A stretch of DNA of 64,000 nt from Nitrospirota bacterium (GTDB lineage: Bacteria > Nitrospirota > UBA9217). Below are positions 9,647-19,666 of the stretch, one piece after another. Each line of letters starts with the position of its first letter. Position 1 is the stretch's first letter. The position numbers and the translations under genes are program-made. Under the pieces are notes generated by a model that saw nothing but the letters and a program-made list of their open reading frames with translations, made no database searches and was not told the origin of the DNA. The DNA lies in NCBI GenBank assembly GCA_963840455.1, contig CAWIYV010000014.1, positions 416,001 to 480,000 on the forward strand, given 5' to 3'.

Positions 9647-10968
9647 AGATCGTAGGTCTTAAAATAGAGAAGGGGCTCGTTGCCGCGGCAGTGGTGCAGA
9701 AGGACTTCCGCCGGACGGAACTGGTGGATTCCTTCAGTCAGCCCTTTGCCACTGATGCCGAGCTGGTGGATATCCTCAAGGACAGATCAAAGGACTGGGC
9801 GGGGGCGAAGATCATCTCGTCCATTCCGGGCCACCTCTTCACCCAGCGTACGCTTACGTTCCCCTTTGCCGACCGGAAGCGCATCGAGAAGGCCTTGCCC
9901 TTCGAGGTCGAGGACGCCGTTCCATTTGACCTCGGCGACGTCGTGCTCGACCATCTCATGCTCGGGAGCACGGTCGGGAAGAAAGATGCGGCATCGCAGG
10001 TGCTCTGCTTGATGCTCCCGAAAACAGTCCTGCGCCAGCACCTCGATCTTCTTTCCAGCGCGGGGCTCGATCCCCAGGTCATTGTCCCGTCCTATGCCGG
10101 GCTTTCTGCGGTCGCGAAGATGATGCCGCCGGATACCGGGGCGCTCCTGCTCTGCGGTTCCGATCTGTGTTTCCGGCAGAATGGCGTCCTGAAAACCCTC
10201 CGGAGCTTCTCCGTCAGTCAGTCCACCGGCGGCCTTCACCACATCCTCCAGGCCCTCGAGACCGAGCACAAGGAGAAAGTGGAGAAGGCGGCGCTGCTGA
10301 TCGACGACGGGGCTGCACGGGCTGTCCTGGCTGAAGCTGGCATGGCTGTCGAACTGGTCATTCCCGAGATCAACGGGAGGAAGGCACAGGACCCGGTGAG
10401 CCTGGGGATAGCGCTCCTCGACGACGCGAACTTCCGCAAGGGCGACTTCGCGTACAGGCTGGCCGATGAGGGGACGCGCCGCAGGATGCGTACGCTCATC
10501 ATCGCCGGGGCCGTCGCGGCCCTGCTGTTCACCGTGAATATCGTCGTGAAGTTCTCCGTCATCCAGTCGGGCTATGGAAAGCTCGACGCCGAGATCAAGG
10601 AGATCTACCGCCAGACCTTTCCCGACGGAAAACCGTCGGCAGATCCCGTGCGGCAGATGCGCGACAAGATGAGCGAAGCGAAAAAACTCTTCGGCGCCCT
10701 GGGTTCCGGAACCTCGGCGCTGGATGTGATGAAAACGGTAACGGACGGCATCCCGAAGGAGGTCCGGGTCATCTTCACCGAGTTTGTCTTGGAAGGGGAC
10801 CGGTTGAGACTCCAGGGCGAGGTATCTTCCTTCGATTCCGTGGACAAGATCAAGGCCGAGCTCCAGAAATCGCCGCTCTTCACCGACGTGTCGGTGCAGG
10901 ACACACGCATGGGCGTGGACAACAAGGTGAAATTCCGGCTCGAGATGAAGCTGAAGCAGGCGATGTAA
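9643..10968 (+). CDS. gspL: Type II secretion protein L
   Basis: Actin-like cytoplasmic domain (LPFEVED.VPF), single TM, PilN-like periplasmic domain. Confidence 0.85.
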   Translation: MKIVGLKIEKGLVAAAVVQKDFRRTELVDSFSQPFATDAELVDILKDRSKDWAGAKIISSIPGHLFTQRTLTFPFADRKRIEKALPFEVEDAVPFDLGDVVLDHLMLGSTVGKKDAASQVLCLMLPKTVLRQHLDLLSSAGLDPQVIVPSYAGLSAVAKMMPPDTGALLLCGSDLCFRQNGVLKTLRSFSVSQSTGGLHHILQALETEHKEKVEKAALLIDDGAARAVLAEAGMAVELVIPEINGRKAQDPVSLGIALLDDANFRKGDFAYRLADEGTRRRMRTLIIAGAVAALLFTVNIVVKFSVIQSGYGKLDAEIKEIYRQTFPDGKPSADPVRQMRDKMSEAKKLFGALGSGTSALDVMKTVTDGIPKEVRVIFTEFVLEGDRLRLQGEVSSFDSVDKIKAELQKSPLFTDVSVQDTRMGVDNKVKFRLEMKLKQAM

Positions 10969-11044
10969 TCCGAAGCTGGAATACGAAAGAATGGTAGTTT
11001 GATATGCCGTTATCTGTGTTCATCTGTGGTTGCGAGGTCGTTCT

Positions 11045-11545
11045 GTGAAGTTAGAACCGAGAGATAAAAAGACGCTCATCATCGGCGGGTCCGTCGCGGC
11101 GGTCATCGTGCTGTACACCTTCGTCCTGTCGCCGTTCCTTTCCGACCTGTCACGCAAGCGCGACCTGATCCCCAAGAGGGAACATGATCTGGTCGAAATG
11201 AAAAAGCTTCGCGATGAGTACCGGGAGATCCAGAAACAGCTCCTGGTGGCCCAGGAGGCCGCGTCCAAGCGCGGCCCGCTGCTCACGGAGATCGAGAACC
11301 TTACGAAGCGCGCGAACCTGAACAGCAAGATCGTCTCCCTCAAGCCCCAGACGGGGAGCCAGACCGCAGGCTTCAAGGAAAGCATCGTTGAGATCAGGCT
11401 CGACAGCATCACGCTCTATGACGTGGTGAACTACGTATATCTGCTGGAGAAAGCCACGCTCCGTGTGCGGAAGCTCTCTTTCAAGCCGCGGTTCGACAAC
11501 CCCAAGCTCCTGAACGCCACGCTCCTTGTTTCCAGCGCAGGGTAG
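11045..11545 (+). CDS. gspM: Type II secretion protein M
   Basis: GTG start after GAGGT; LEPRDK + TM + coiled coil + ferredoxin-like end; operon order. Confidence 0.8.
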   Translation: MKLEPRDKKTLIIGGSVAAVIVLYTFVLSPFLSDLSRKRDLIPKREHDLVEMKKLRDEYREIQKQLLVAQEAASKRGPLLTEIENLTKRANLNSKIVSLKPQTGSQTAGFKESIVEIRLDSITLYDVVNYVYLLEKATLRVRKLSFKPRFDNPKLLNATLLVSSAG

Positions 11546-11598
11546 GATCTTGGACAATTCGCACCCTACGCTCGAGGGAACTACGGGATCGCCTTATC

Positions 11599-12429
11599 AT
11601 GATCGATAGACCGACACTCATCCGCAGGCTTTCCTTCGCCCTCTATTTCGTCATTGCCTTCATGACGTTCCTCGTTGTCCTGTTCCCTTTTGACCGGATC
11701 AAGACCAAGCTGGAATCCGAGACCCGCTCGCGGACGTCCCTGGAGCTGAACATCGCACGCATCTCGCCGCGGTTTCTCAACCGGTTCGTCCTGGCCGATG
11801 TAGTGCTGTCCGACCCGACCGGCAGGGTCCTGTTCGAGAGTCCAGTGGTCCATGCGCATGTTTCGCTCTTCGGGTTCCTCAGGGGCCTTCTCTCCGTGGA
11901 CTTCAAGGCCCAGGCCTATACGGGCGAGCTGCACGTCCGGACCGAGCAGGGGGCGAAGCGCCAGTTCTTCGCCGTCGATGCCGAAAGCCTCGACCTGGCA
12001 TCCTATGCGCTCCTCAAGAACCTCGGGCTGAAGCTGTCGGGCAGGCTCGGGGGAGCTTTCGAAATGAGCGGCGACGCAGGCAAGGGGCGGTTCCTGATCA
12101 AGAACCTGGCGAGCCGCGAGCTCAAGATCAAGGGTTTTCCCGTCCCGGACCTGGACTTCGAGCAGGGTTGGATCGAGGGAGACGTCAAGGGCGACCGGTT
12201 GACGATCAAAAAGCTGGAACTGGACGGCAAGGAACTGAAGGTGCGAGTGTCCGGGGACCTGGTGATGCGGGAGCGCGGCACGTTGAACCTTGCCGTGAAG
12301 CTGAAAGTATCGGAGCGGCTCGCAAAGGAGCAGGCCGGACTGCTGTCCCTGCTGAAGAACCGGGACCCCGAAGGATTCTACCTGTTCTCGCTCGGGGGGA
12401 CAGTGGCTGAACCGATGCCGCGGTTGTGA
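11599..12429 (+). CDS. gspN: Type II secretion protein N
   Basis: N-terminal TM ending LFPFD, beta-rich body, C-terminal LGGTVAEP; last gene of operon. Confidence 0.75.
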   Translation: MIDRPTLIRRLSFALYFVIAFMTFLVVLFPFDRIKTKLESETRSRTSLELNIARISPRFLNRFVLADVVLSDPTGRVLFESPVVHAHVSLFGFLRGLLSVDFKAQAYTGELHVRTEQGAKRQFFAVDAESLDLASYALLKNLGLKLSGRLGGAFEMSGDAGKGRFLIKNLASRELKIKGFPVPDLDFEQGWIEGDVKGDRLTIKKLELDGKELKVRVSGDLVMRERGTLNLAVKLKVSERLAKEQAGLLSLLKNRDPEGFYLFSLGGTVAEPMPRL

Positions 12430-12450
12430 CTTGCTCGTGATACGGTTGTG

Positions 12451-13497
12451 TCAGAACCAGCGGCTGAAGAGGACGGTAATTGTTGTCTGCTGTGACGTGA
12501 TCTTGTCGTTGATGCCGGTGTAAACGAGCCCTGATCCATCATAGAATGTCTGGGTCTGGGTCCCCGTCGTGTCGATCTTGAGGTACTGTCCCCCGACCTG
12601 AAGACAGTCGTTGTCCTGAATGTTCCATTGCATGGTGGCCGTTGCAAGGTACGCTTTTCCCGTGGTGCTTGCTTTCGACACCTTTTGCCTCAGGATATGG
12701 TCGTCCCTATCGTCAGCCCAGGCCCAGGGACTGTATCCGAGGTCAATGATCGTCTGGAACTGATGCCCGAGCTGAATTTGCGAATGGACGCCCAGATACG
12801 GTATGGCGTAGGTCACTTCGTAGGTCAATACCTTTCCCGGAACGGTCACTGTATACCATGGCGAATAGGGACCGTATCCCACTTGCTGCACGTTGCTCGC
12901 GTCAAATTGGAATTTCTGATAGAGGAACCCACCGGAAGGCCCCACGCTCAGGGTGCCTGAGATCCAGTTGTTGTACGACCCCCGGATATCGATGATGTTC
13001 GCTTTTAACGATATGTCGGACTCGGAATAGATATCCTTGCCGGGATGGGGATATCCCGAGTTGGGAGGATTCGGCGGTGACGGCGGGGCCTGGATATCGT
13101 AGTTGTTCGTGAGCCAATCCGAGTCCTTGAGTTTGCCCGAACCATGATCGATGCTCGTCAGCCACTGCAGTGTTATCTTGACCTTATCCCGCCCCTTCGG
13201 GTCCTTGCTGAGATACCCGCCCTGGATACTGAACAGAAATGTCTTGAGCGGGAACTCAAGCTCGCTTTCGATCCCTTGCCCCGTCGTGTCATAACTGCTG
13301 ATATGATAGAGCGTGTTCCCGTTCAGATAACCGATCCCGAGACCGAACGTAATGTCGTTCGAACTCTGCTGTACCGGCTGGGCGGCCTGTACTGTCACGG
13401 ATGACGAGAGGAACAGGCATATTGCCGCCATAATAACGGGGATGCAGACGCGATACAAGGCCATGTATCTTCGATGCTGTCCGGATTTTCTTGGCAT
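12451..13497 (-). CDS. Omptin-family outer-membrane beta-barrel protease (start may be 13464)
   Basis: Signal peptide; ESELEFP, GKLKDSDW and DDRDDHILR resemble omptin catalytic segments; terminal aromatic residue (RWF). Confidence 0.65.
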   Translation of the reverse strand: MPRKSGQHRRYMALYRVCIPVIMAAICLFLSSSVTVQAAQPVQQSSNDITFGLGIGYLNGNTLYHISSYDTTGQGIESELEFPLKTFLFSIQGGYLSKDPKGRDKVKITLQWLTSIDHGSGKLKDSDWLTNNYDIQAPPSPPNPPNSGYPHPGKDIYSESDISLKANIIDIRGSYNNWISGTLSVGPSGGFLYQKFQFDASNVQQVGYGPYSPWYTVTVPGKVLTYEVTYAIPYLGVHSQIQLGHQFQTIIDLGYSPWAWADDRDDHILRQKVSKASTTGKAYLATATMQWNIQDNDCLQVGGQYLKIDTTGTQTQTFYDGSGLVYTGINDKITSQQTTITVLFSRWF

Positions 13498-13506
13498 GAC
13501 GGCGGT

Positions 13507-14715
13507 CTAGAACATCAGCGCAAGGCTCGCCGAGGCCTGGGCTTCCTGCTCCTTGAAGTCATAGGCGCCGGCAAGGTCGAGCCGAAACGCGGCCAGACGC
13601 AGGCCGAGCCCCGCGGTATAGACCACGTTGGCATTCGTGTTCGCGGTGTTCTTGTACGCGCCGGCACGCAGGCTCAGGACCTCATTCAGCATCGTCAGCT
13701 CTACGCCTCCTGCCACGGTCTGGTCCTCGGTGCGCTCGGTAAAGGACTTGTTCTTGGACAGGTCATAATCCGCCGACAGGGTCAGATTATCCAACGGCTT
13801 CCACGCGACGCCGGCACGGTATTGCGGTTTCAACTCGATCTCGTCGGTCACCGGCAGGGTCGATATCTGCACATCACCATCGCCCTGTTGCACGGCAACC
13901 TTGCCGGTGATGGGGAAGGACGGGGAATTCAGGTATCTTCCCACAACGCCCAGGTTCAGGTTCTTGACGGGTTTGACCAGGATGCCCGCATCGACGGACG
14001 CTTTATTGCTTTTGGTCTCACTGTTGTTCAGGTTGCTGATAAAGGTGCTGTAGTCTCCTGTCCGGAGGTAGTCGGAATGGATGAAGGTGCTGGCATAGAT
14101 CATCTTGGCATTGGCTCCGATGAAGATGCTGTCGCCCAGCGATGTGGCGAACGAAATCGCCGGCTCGACAGTGACTATGCCGATGCCGGTGGCAGCGGAA
14201 TCATTGAGAGCAATGTTGGTGGCTGTCAGTGTCGGTGACGTATTGAGGTGAAAGGTATCGATCGTAGGGATGATCTCGGCAGATCCCAGGCCGAGCGCGC
14301 TGAGCGCGATGGCCGACCTTCCGACGGGGATCGACAGGAGCAAGCCGCCGGAAGCGTCCAGGTTGGTGACGGAGTCGGGCTTGTTCAGGTCGAGGAGCAT
14401 TTGTTGCAGCTGGGCTGCCGCTGCCGGATCTCCTGCGAGCCCGGCTGAATAGATATTGTTGATATCCGACCACGTGGTTTTGAGCCCTGCATAATCTCTG
14501 ACAGCCGCGCTGGCTGGGATGCGGATATCGACCTTCCTGAAATCGGCAAGGGCCGCTGGGTTCCAGTAGACGGCCGTGGAGTCGTTTACCGCGGCTACCG
14601 ACGCGCCGCCCATGCCGAGGGCGCGCGGGCCAACGACGGAGAACTGGGCTGCGTGCGCCGAGACCGGCGCGACCAGCAATGCTGCGGTCAGGAGCAAAAA
14701 GGAATATTTATTCAT
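13507..14715 (-). CDS. TraF/PorV/FadL-like outer-membrane beta-barrel protein
   Basis: Signal peptide AHA|A, GPRALGMGGA..AV.NDSTAVYWNPAAL hatch motif, C-terminal Phe. Confidence 0.7.
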   Translation of the reverse strand: MNKYSFLLLTAALLVAPVSAHAAQFSVVGPRALGMGGASVAAVNDSTAVYWNPAALADFRKVDIRIPASAAVRDYAGLKTTWSDINNIYSAGLAGDPAAAAQLQQMLLDLNKPDSVTNLDASGGLLLSIPVGRSAIALSALGLGSAEIIPTIDTFHLNTSPTLTATNIALNDSAATGIGIVTVEPAISFATSLGDSIFIGANAKMIYASTFIHSDYLRTGDYSTFISNLNNSETKSNKASVDAGILVKPVKNLNLGVVGRYLNSPSFPITGKVAVQQGDGDVQISTLPVTDEIELKPQYRAGVAWKPLDNLTLSADYDLSKNKSFTERTEDQTVAGGVELTMLNEVLSLRAGAYKNTANTNANVVYTAGLGLRLAAFRLDLAGAYDFKEQEAQASASLALMF

Positions 14716-14759
14716 TCGCTGTTACCTCCTAAAGATCTCTATACTGCGGGATTAGGAGA

Positions 14760-14787
14760 AGAATAGCATGGAGACACTATTTGTCAA
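14760..14787 (-). promoter_or_regulatory. Putative sigma70 promoter for the two OM-protein genes
   Basis: Minus strand TTGACA-16 bp-TATTCT with extended -10 TG. Confidence 0.5.
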
Positions 14788-14914
14788 GTATTTGGATCAC
14801 AAAAGAGGAACATCGAGAGGAACCCTCTGCGGGGGACGCGTCCTTCTCTTTTCCTCAGGCGGGCCGTCATACATATTATTAAAAGGACCGTGCCGGGCCG
14901 GTGGGAAATAGGGT

Positions 14915-14943
14915 TTGACAAGGGTATGGCTTAACAATAGAAT
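14915..14943 (+). promoter_or_regulatory. Sigma70 promoter of radA
   Basis: TTGACA-17 bp-TAGAAT, ending 9 bp before the ATG. Confidence 0.65.
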
Positions 14944-14952
14944 GCCTGCATC

Positions 14953-16323
14953 ATGAAAGCAAAGGTCAAAACCGTCTACGTCTGCCAGTCATGCGGCTCC
15001 CAGTCCCCGCGGTGGATGGGGAAATGCCCGGACTGCGGCCAGTGGAACACCTTGGTCGAGGAGCGGGTTGAGAAGCCGAAGGACATCGGGAGCGCCAAGC
15101 GGGGCCACGGCACTGAGCCCCTGTCCCTGGACGAGATCAAGACCGGCGACGAGGACCGCTTCGTCACCAGGATCGGTGAGCTGGACCGCGTGCTGGGCGG
15201 CGGGATCGTGACAGGCTCGGTGGTGCTGATCGGCGGCGACCCGGGCATCGGTAAGTCCACGCTGGTGCTCCAGATGCTCCGCCAGGTCTCGGAGTTCCGC
15301 GGCAAGGCGCTCTATGTCTCGGGCGAGGAGTCTCCCGCCCAGATCAAGATGCGCGCCCAGCGGCTGGGCGTCAAGGCAGAGAACCTCTACGTGCTGGCCG
15401 AGACGTCGCTCGACGAGGTCCTCCGCGCGGCTGATGAGCTCCAGCCGCAGGTGATCGTCGTCGATTCGGTCCAGACGGTCTACACTTCGGAGCTGCCTTC
15501 GGCCCCCGGCAGCGTGGGCCAGGTGCGCGAGGTGTCGGGCAGGCTCATGCTCTATGCCAAGCGCACGGGCATTCCCACCTTCCTCGTCGGCCACGTGACC
15601 AAGGACGGCGCCATCGCCGGCCCCCGCGTGCTCGAGCACATCGTGGACACGGTGCTCTATTTCGAGGGCGACCGGGGACACGCGTTCCGCATCCTGCGCG
15701 CGGTCAAGAACCGCTTCGGCTCAACGAACGAGATCGGCGTGTTCGAGATGAAGGAGAGTGGCCTTGCCGAGGTGGCGAATCCCTCGGAGCTGTTCCTGGC
15801 GGAGCGGCCGAAGGACGCAACAGGCTCGGTCGTTGTCTCTTCCCTCGAGGGCACGCGGCCCATCCTGGCCGAGCTCCAGGCGCTGGTGACGCCCACCAAG
15901 ATGACCATGCCGCGCCGCACCTCCATCGGCGTTGACTACAACCGCGTGTCGCTGCTCATCGCGGTGCTCGAGAAGCGCGTGGGCATGCACCTCATGGGCA
16001 TGGACGTGTTCGTGAACGTGGTGGGCGGCCTCAAGATCGACGAGCCGGCTGTTGATCTCGGCATCATCGCGGCCGTGGCGTCGAGCTTCCGCGAGAAGCC
16101 GATCAACGCGAATACCGTGGTCATGGGTGAGGTGGGCCTTGCCGGCGAGGTGCGGGCCATCAGTCAGGCAGAGCTTCGGCTGAAGGACGCGGCCAAGCTC
16201 GGGTTCACGCGCTGCATCCTGCCGGCCGTGAACGTGGAGAAGCTCGAGAAGACAGCGGGCATTGCCAAGATGCAGCTCATGGGCGTGCGGACTGTGGACG
16301 AGGCGATGGAGAGGCTGTTTTAG
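14953..16323 (+). CDS. radA: DNA repair protein RadA/Sms
   Basis: C4 zinc finger, GGDPGIGKST, KNRFG motif, Lon-like C-terminus. Confidence 0.97.
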   Translation: MKAKVKTVYVCQSCGSQSPRWMGKCPDCGQWNTLVEERVEKPKDIGSAKRGHGTEPLSLDEIKTGDEDRFVTRIGELDRVLGGGIVTGSVVLIGGDPGIGKSTLVLQMLRQVSEFRGKALYVSGEESPAQIKMRAQRLGVKAENLYVLAETSLDEVLRAADELQPQVIVVDSVQTVYTSELPSAPGSVGQVREVSGRLMLYAKRTGIPTFLVGHVTKDGAIAGPRVLEHIVDTVLYFEGDRGHAFRILRAVKNRFGSTNEIGVFEMKESGLAEVANPSELFLAERPKDATGSVVVSSLEGTRPILAELQALVTPTKMTMPRRTSIGVDYNRVSLLIAVLEKRVGMHLMGMDVFVNVVGGLKIDEPAVDLGIIAAVASSFREKPINANTVVMGEVGLAGEVRAISQAELRLKDAAKLGFTRCILPAVNVEKLEKTAGIAKMQLMGVRTVDEAMERLF

Positions 16324-16482
16324 CATCACCACTCCTTTTAACTTTGCGTTATGAAATGTTATAAAAAATGGGGAACCGCCAAGGCGCGAAGGACGCGAAA
16401 TGGAACAATAACCATAACGATCGTGCCTCCCTTTGTGCTCGTAGCGTCTTCGCGGTAAACTTCCTTCTCGTTCGCTTTCACT

Positions 16483-18390
16483 ATGGCCATCGGCACGCTC
16501 TGGAAATTTTTCGGCAACCGCCGCGGGATGATCATCCTTCTCATCCAGCTCGCCCTCCTGCTTACCTTCCTTCATTATTTTAGCGGCTATCAATCGAGCG
16601 ATAGATGTGCAGCCTGCCACGCGGACAAGGAGCGCATGACGAAACTGGGCTATCCTCAGTTCGTGATGACGCGCGAGCAGGTCCAGAAGGAATCGCGCCA
16701 CCCGAACACCGAATGCCGCGACTGTCACCTGGGCAACGGCCTCTCCGACGACCCTGACAAAGCGCACAAGGGGATGCTGAAGCTCATTGTGCTGGACAAT
16801 GACCTGAACGTCATGCCGCGGAAAGGGCATGTCACGCGGCTCCTCCCGTCAGGCAGCGACCGCCAGCGGAACATGCTGCCCCGCCTGGCTGACGGCGAGC
16901 TCGATTACGACGTGGGTACGCTCATGTGGCACGACCGAGATCCTGTCACCCTCGGCTACGACCCGAAGATCGCAGAGAGGACCTGCGGCAAGGCTGCCTG
17001 CCATCCCGACCAGGTGAAGCAGTTCTCCACGAGCAACATGGGATCGAACTTCCGGCAGCGGTCCATGCGGACGTGGAACGACATCCACGGCCCGAACAAT
17101 TGAGGCCCCTCCTTTGCGGACACCCTGCCGGTCGGCAGGGCGGAAGGCGACAAGTTCTCCTTCGATAACACCAGCAAGATCATGGAAGAGATCAACTACC
17201 CGCTGTCGCGTGAGCAGGCGGTGGCAAAGCAGAAGGCCTGCAACATCTGCCACACCGGCTGCCTCGACTGCCACTACACGCCGACAAAGGAGCGGGGCTC
17301 CCATGCCATGAGCCGCATCCCCCCTGCGCTGAACTGCACCGGGAACGGCAGGAGCACCTTCGTCTGCCATGCGGGCACCATGGAGCGCAGGCGCGGCGAC
17401 AGCTATCTGGGCAATGACTTCTCCGAGCCGGCCGGGCTTCCCGAGGACGTGCACGTGAAGCAAAAGATGGAATGCGTTGACTGCCACCAGACCGGACCGG
17501 GCGGTATGGGCCACATCGAACGTCGCGCCACCTGCCAGGATTGCCATCCCGAGGTCGAACAGGCCATGGCGCGGAGCATGCACAGGAACGTGGCCTGCGA
17601 GTCCTGCCACGTGAAGATCCTCGGCGGCTACGAGATGACCTCCTGGGGACCGGGCATGGTGCTGTCCCGGCCGAACCCCTTCAAGAAGTATTCATTATAT
17701 TACGGCCCCCAGGCGCCACCGATCCTCATCAAGGACCAGAAGGGCATCTGGATCCCGACCAAGATCTGGCCGAACAGTATGGGCGGCTTCAAAAATAGGG
17801 TCCAGCCGAAACCGGGCCTCGTGTTCCGGTGGCCTGACGGCCAGACGCGGGACGCCTACGCCCAGCTCGGGACCTTCAGCGTTCCCGGCGGGAACAACAA
17901 CTACCTCGCCTGGATCCAGGTGGAGCAGGTGGCCCATCCGCTCGGGAAATCCCGCACCTGCGGGAGCTGCCACGACGGCGCGGCGCAGACCGCGAAGGTG
18001 GCGTGGAGGTTCTTCGACACTCAGGGCGCGGAGCCTTTCACGGGCAGCCAGAAGGTGGTGGCGGACAGGAACGGGCTCCAGGTAAAGGACATCAAGGCCA
18101 CGTCGTCGATCACGCTCATGGAAGGCGGAAAGATCGAGAACTTCGCGGCATGGATGAAGCTCGGTGATATCTGGAAAACGAGCGGGGATTTCTCGATCCC
18201 CAAGTCGGATCCCGTGAAGTATCGGAAGCTGGAGGCCGGCATCCGCGATGCCATGAGGAAGCTCGATGCGGAGGACCGCGAGCTCAAGCGTCGCGAGGCG
18301 AATGGCGATGATATGAAGAAGCTGCGGCGCAGGTGGAAAGAGGCGAAGGCTGCTGCGGTGCATGAGGCCGGTCAGGTGGTGTTCCCGTGA
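16483..18390 (+). CDS. Membrane-anchored multiheme cytochrome c, probable selenoprotein (UGA at 17101-17103 read as Sec; 635 aa)
   Basis: ORFs 16483-17103 and 17182-18390 share a frame, separated only by TGA (HGPNN-U-GPSFAD); 8 CxxCH plus CX4CH and CX9CH motifs; SECIS-like hairpin follows the TGA. Confidence 0.85.
17104..17147 (+). promoter_or_regulatory. Bacterial SECIS element
   Basis: Stem ccctgcc(17123-29)/ggcaggg(17134-40), apical loop GGTC starting 26 nt after UGA, lower stem cctttgcg/cggaagg. Confidence 0.8.
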
Positions 18391-18547
18391 GATATCCTTC
18401 GAGGACCCGCGACGACAGGATCGACCGCCGGGATGCGCTCATGACAGCGCTGATCGCATCCGCGCTGTTCTGTGGGTCTCCTGGACGGATAAACAGGGAA
18501 TCTGAGCCCGGCCCGGACCGCGACCGGCGTCAAGCAGGGGACACCCC

Positions 18548-19159
18548 ATGAACACCCTCATCAAGACCATCGAGGTCATCGGCATCTTTGCCTTCGCGAT
18601 CTCGGGCATCATCGAGGCGCGCAAGAAGGGCATGGACATCGTGGGCATCTATGTCGTCGGGATGGTCACGGCCTTCGGCGGCGGCTCGCTCCGTGACCTG
18701 GTCCTGAACCGCCATCCGCTCTTCTGGGTGGAGCACTACTGGTATCCCGTCATCCTGCTGTTCCTCTCCGCGCTTGCCAGCGCGATCGTGCGGCACGTGA
18801 CCGAGCACACGCGGTCCATGACCGTGGTCCAAGTGCTCGACGCGTTGGGCCTGGGGCTTTTCGCCGCCTCCGGTGCGTCGGTGGCCCATCAGGCCGGAAC
18901 CAACCCCTTCATTTCCTCGCTCATCGGGGTCATGACAGGCGTGTTCGGCGGCGTGTTCCGGGACATCATCTGCAACGAGATCCCCTATGTGTTCCAGCGC
19001 ACGGAGCTCTATGCGACCTGCGCGTTCGCGGGGGCGTGGTCCTATCTGCTGGTCATCGGCGCGGGGGGCGACGAGCTTACGGCCGTGATGAGCTGCATCA
19101 CCATCACCTTCGTGTTGCGGATTCTGGCGATACGGTATAAGATCAGGCTGCCGGTATAG
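18548..19159 (+). CDS. TRIC / UPF0126 (YadS-like) membrane protein
   Basis: Duplicated halves: FAISG..MD..G....VTAFGGGSLRD and DALGLGLF..TGVFGGVFRD. Confidence 0.9.
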   Translation: MNTLIKTIEVIGIFAFAISGIIEARKKGMDIVGIYVVGMVTAFGGGSLRDLVLNRHPLFWVEHYWYPVILLFLSALASAIVRHVTEHTRSMTVVQVLDALGLGLFAASGASVAHQAGTNPFISSLIGVMTGVFGGVFRDIICNEIPYVFQRTELYATCAFAGAWSYLLVIGAGGDELTAVMSCITITFVLRILAIRYKIRLPV

Positions 19160-19227
19160 AGAACGTGATGCGTGAAGGGTCAGGGGTAAGGCGAGAGATA
19201 AGAGACGAGGGACGAGGAGACCACACC

Positions 19228-19434
19228 ATGCCATATGTGAACATCAAGATCACGAATGAAGGTGCTACCGCAGAGAAAAAGGCGCAGTTGATCGCCGGGG
19301 TGACCAAGATGCTGCAGGACATCCTGGGTAAGAACCCCCAGACGACCTGTGTGGTCATCGAGGAGGTCCCGACGGACAACTGGGGCATCGGCGGTGAGAC
19401 CATCACGGAGAGGCGGAAGCGGGAGAAGAAGTAG
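19228..19434 (+). CDS. 4-oxalocrotonate tautomerase family protein
   Basis: M-P-YVNIK (catalytic Pro1), EEV..DNWGIGG. Confidence 0.9.
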   Translation: MPYVNIKITNEGATAEKKAQLIAGVTKMLQDILGKNPQTTCVVIEEVPTDNWGIGGETITERRKREKK

Positions 19435-19442
19435 GAAGACCT

Positions 19443-19645
19443 TTTTACCGCAGAGAACGCAGAGCTCGCTGAGGTGGTTCAAGATCAACGGCGAAGGAAC
19501 ATCTGGTGAACATACGGCTGGGCTCACGTTAAAGCCACGGCTAGATCCTGTTTTGCGATGTACTACAGAAGAACGCTAACAGAAGAGATGCATGAGGACA
19601 TTGTACTTTGCTTTTCTCCGCGTCCTCTGCGTTCTCTGCGGTAAT
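19443..19645. repeat. Palindromic REP/MITE-like element
   Basis: ttaccgcagagaacgcagag ... ctctgcgttctctgcggtaa, a 20-bp perfect terminal inverted repeat. Confidence 0.75.
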
Positions 19646-19666
19646 ACAGCTGTTGGAGGGGCTTTC

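Noticed and set aside
13507-14715. Conjugative element implied by a TraF-like gene
   Set aside because: No other tra/T4SS, relaxase or integrase genes; this barrel family is common on chromosomes.
17101-17182. Two separate cytochrome genes or a nonsense pseudogene
   Set aside because: Same frame, open intervening codons, no convincing SD before ATG 17182 and a SECIS-like hairpin at the expected distance favour Sec readthrough.
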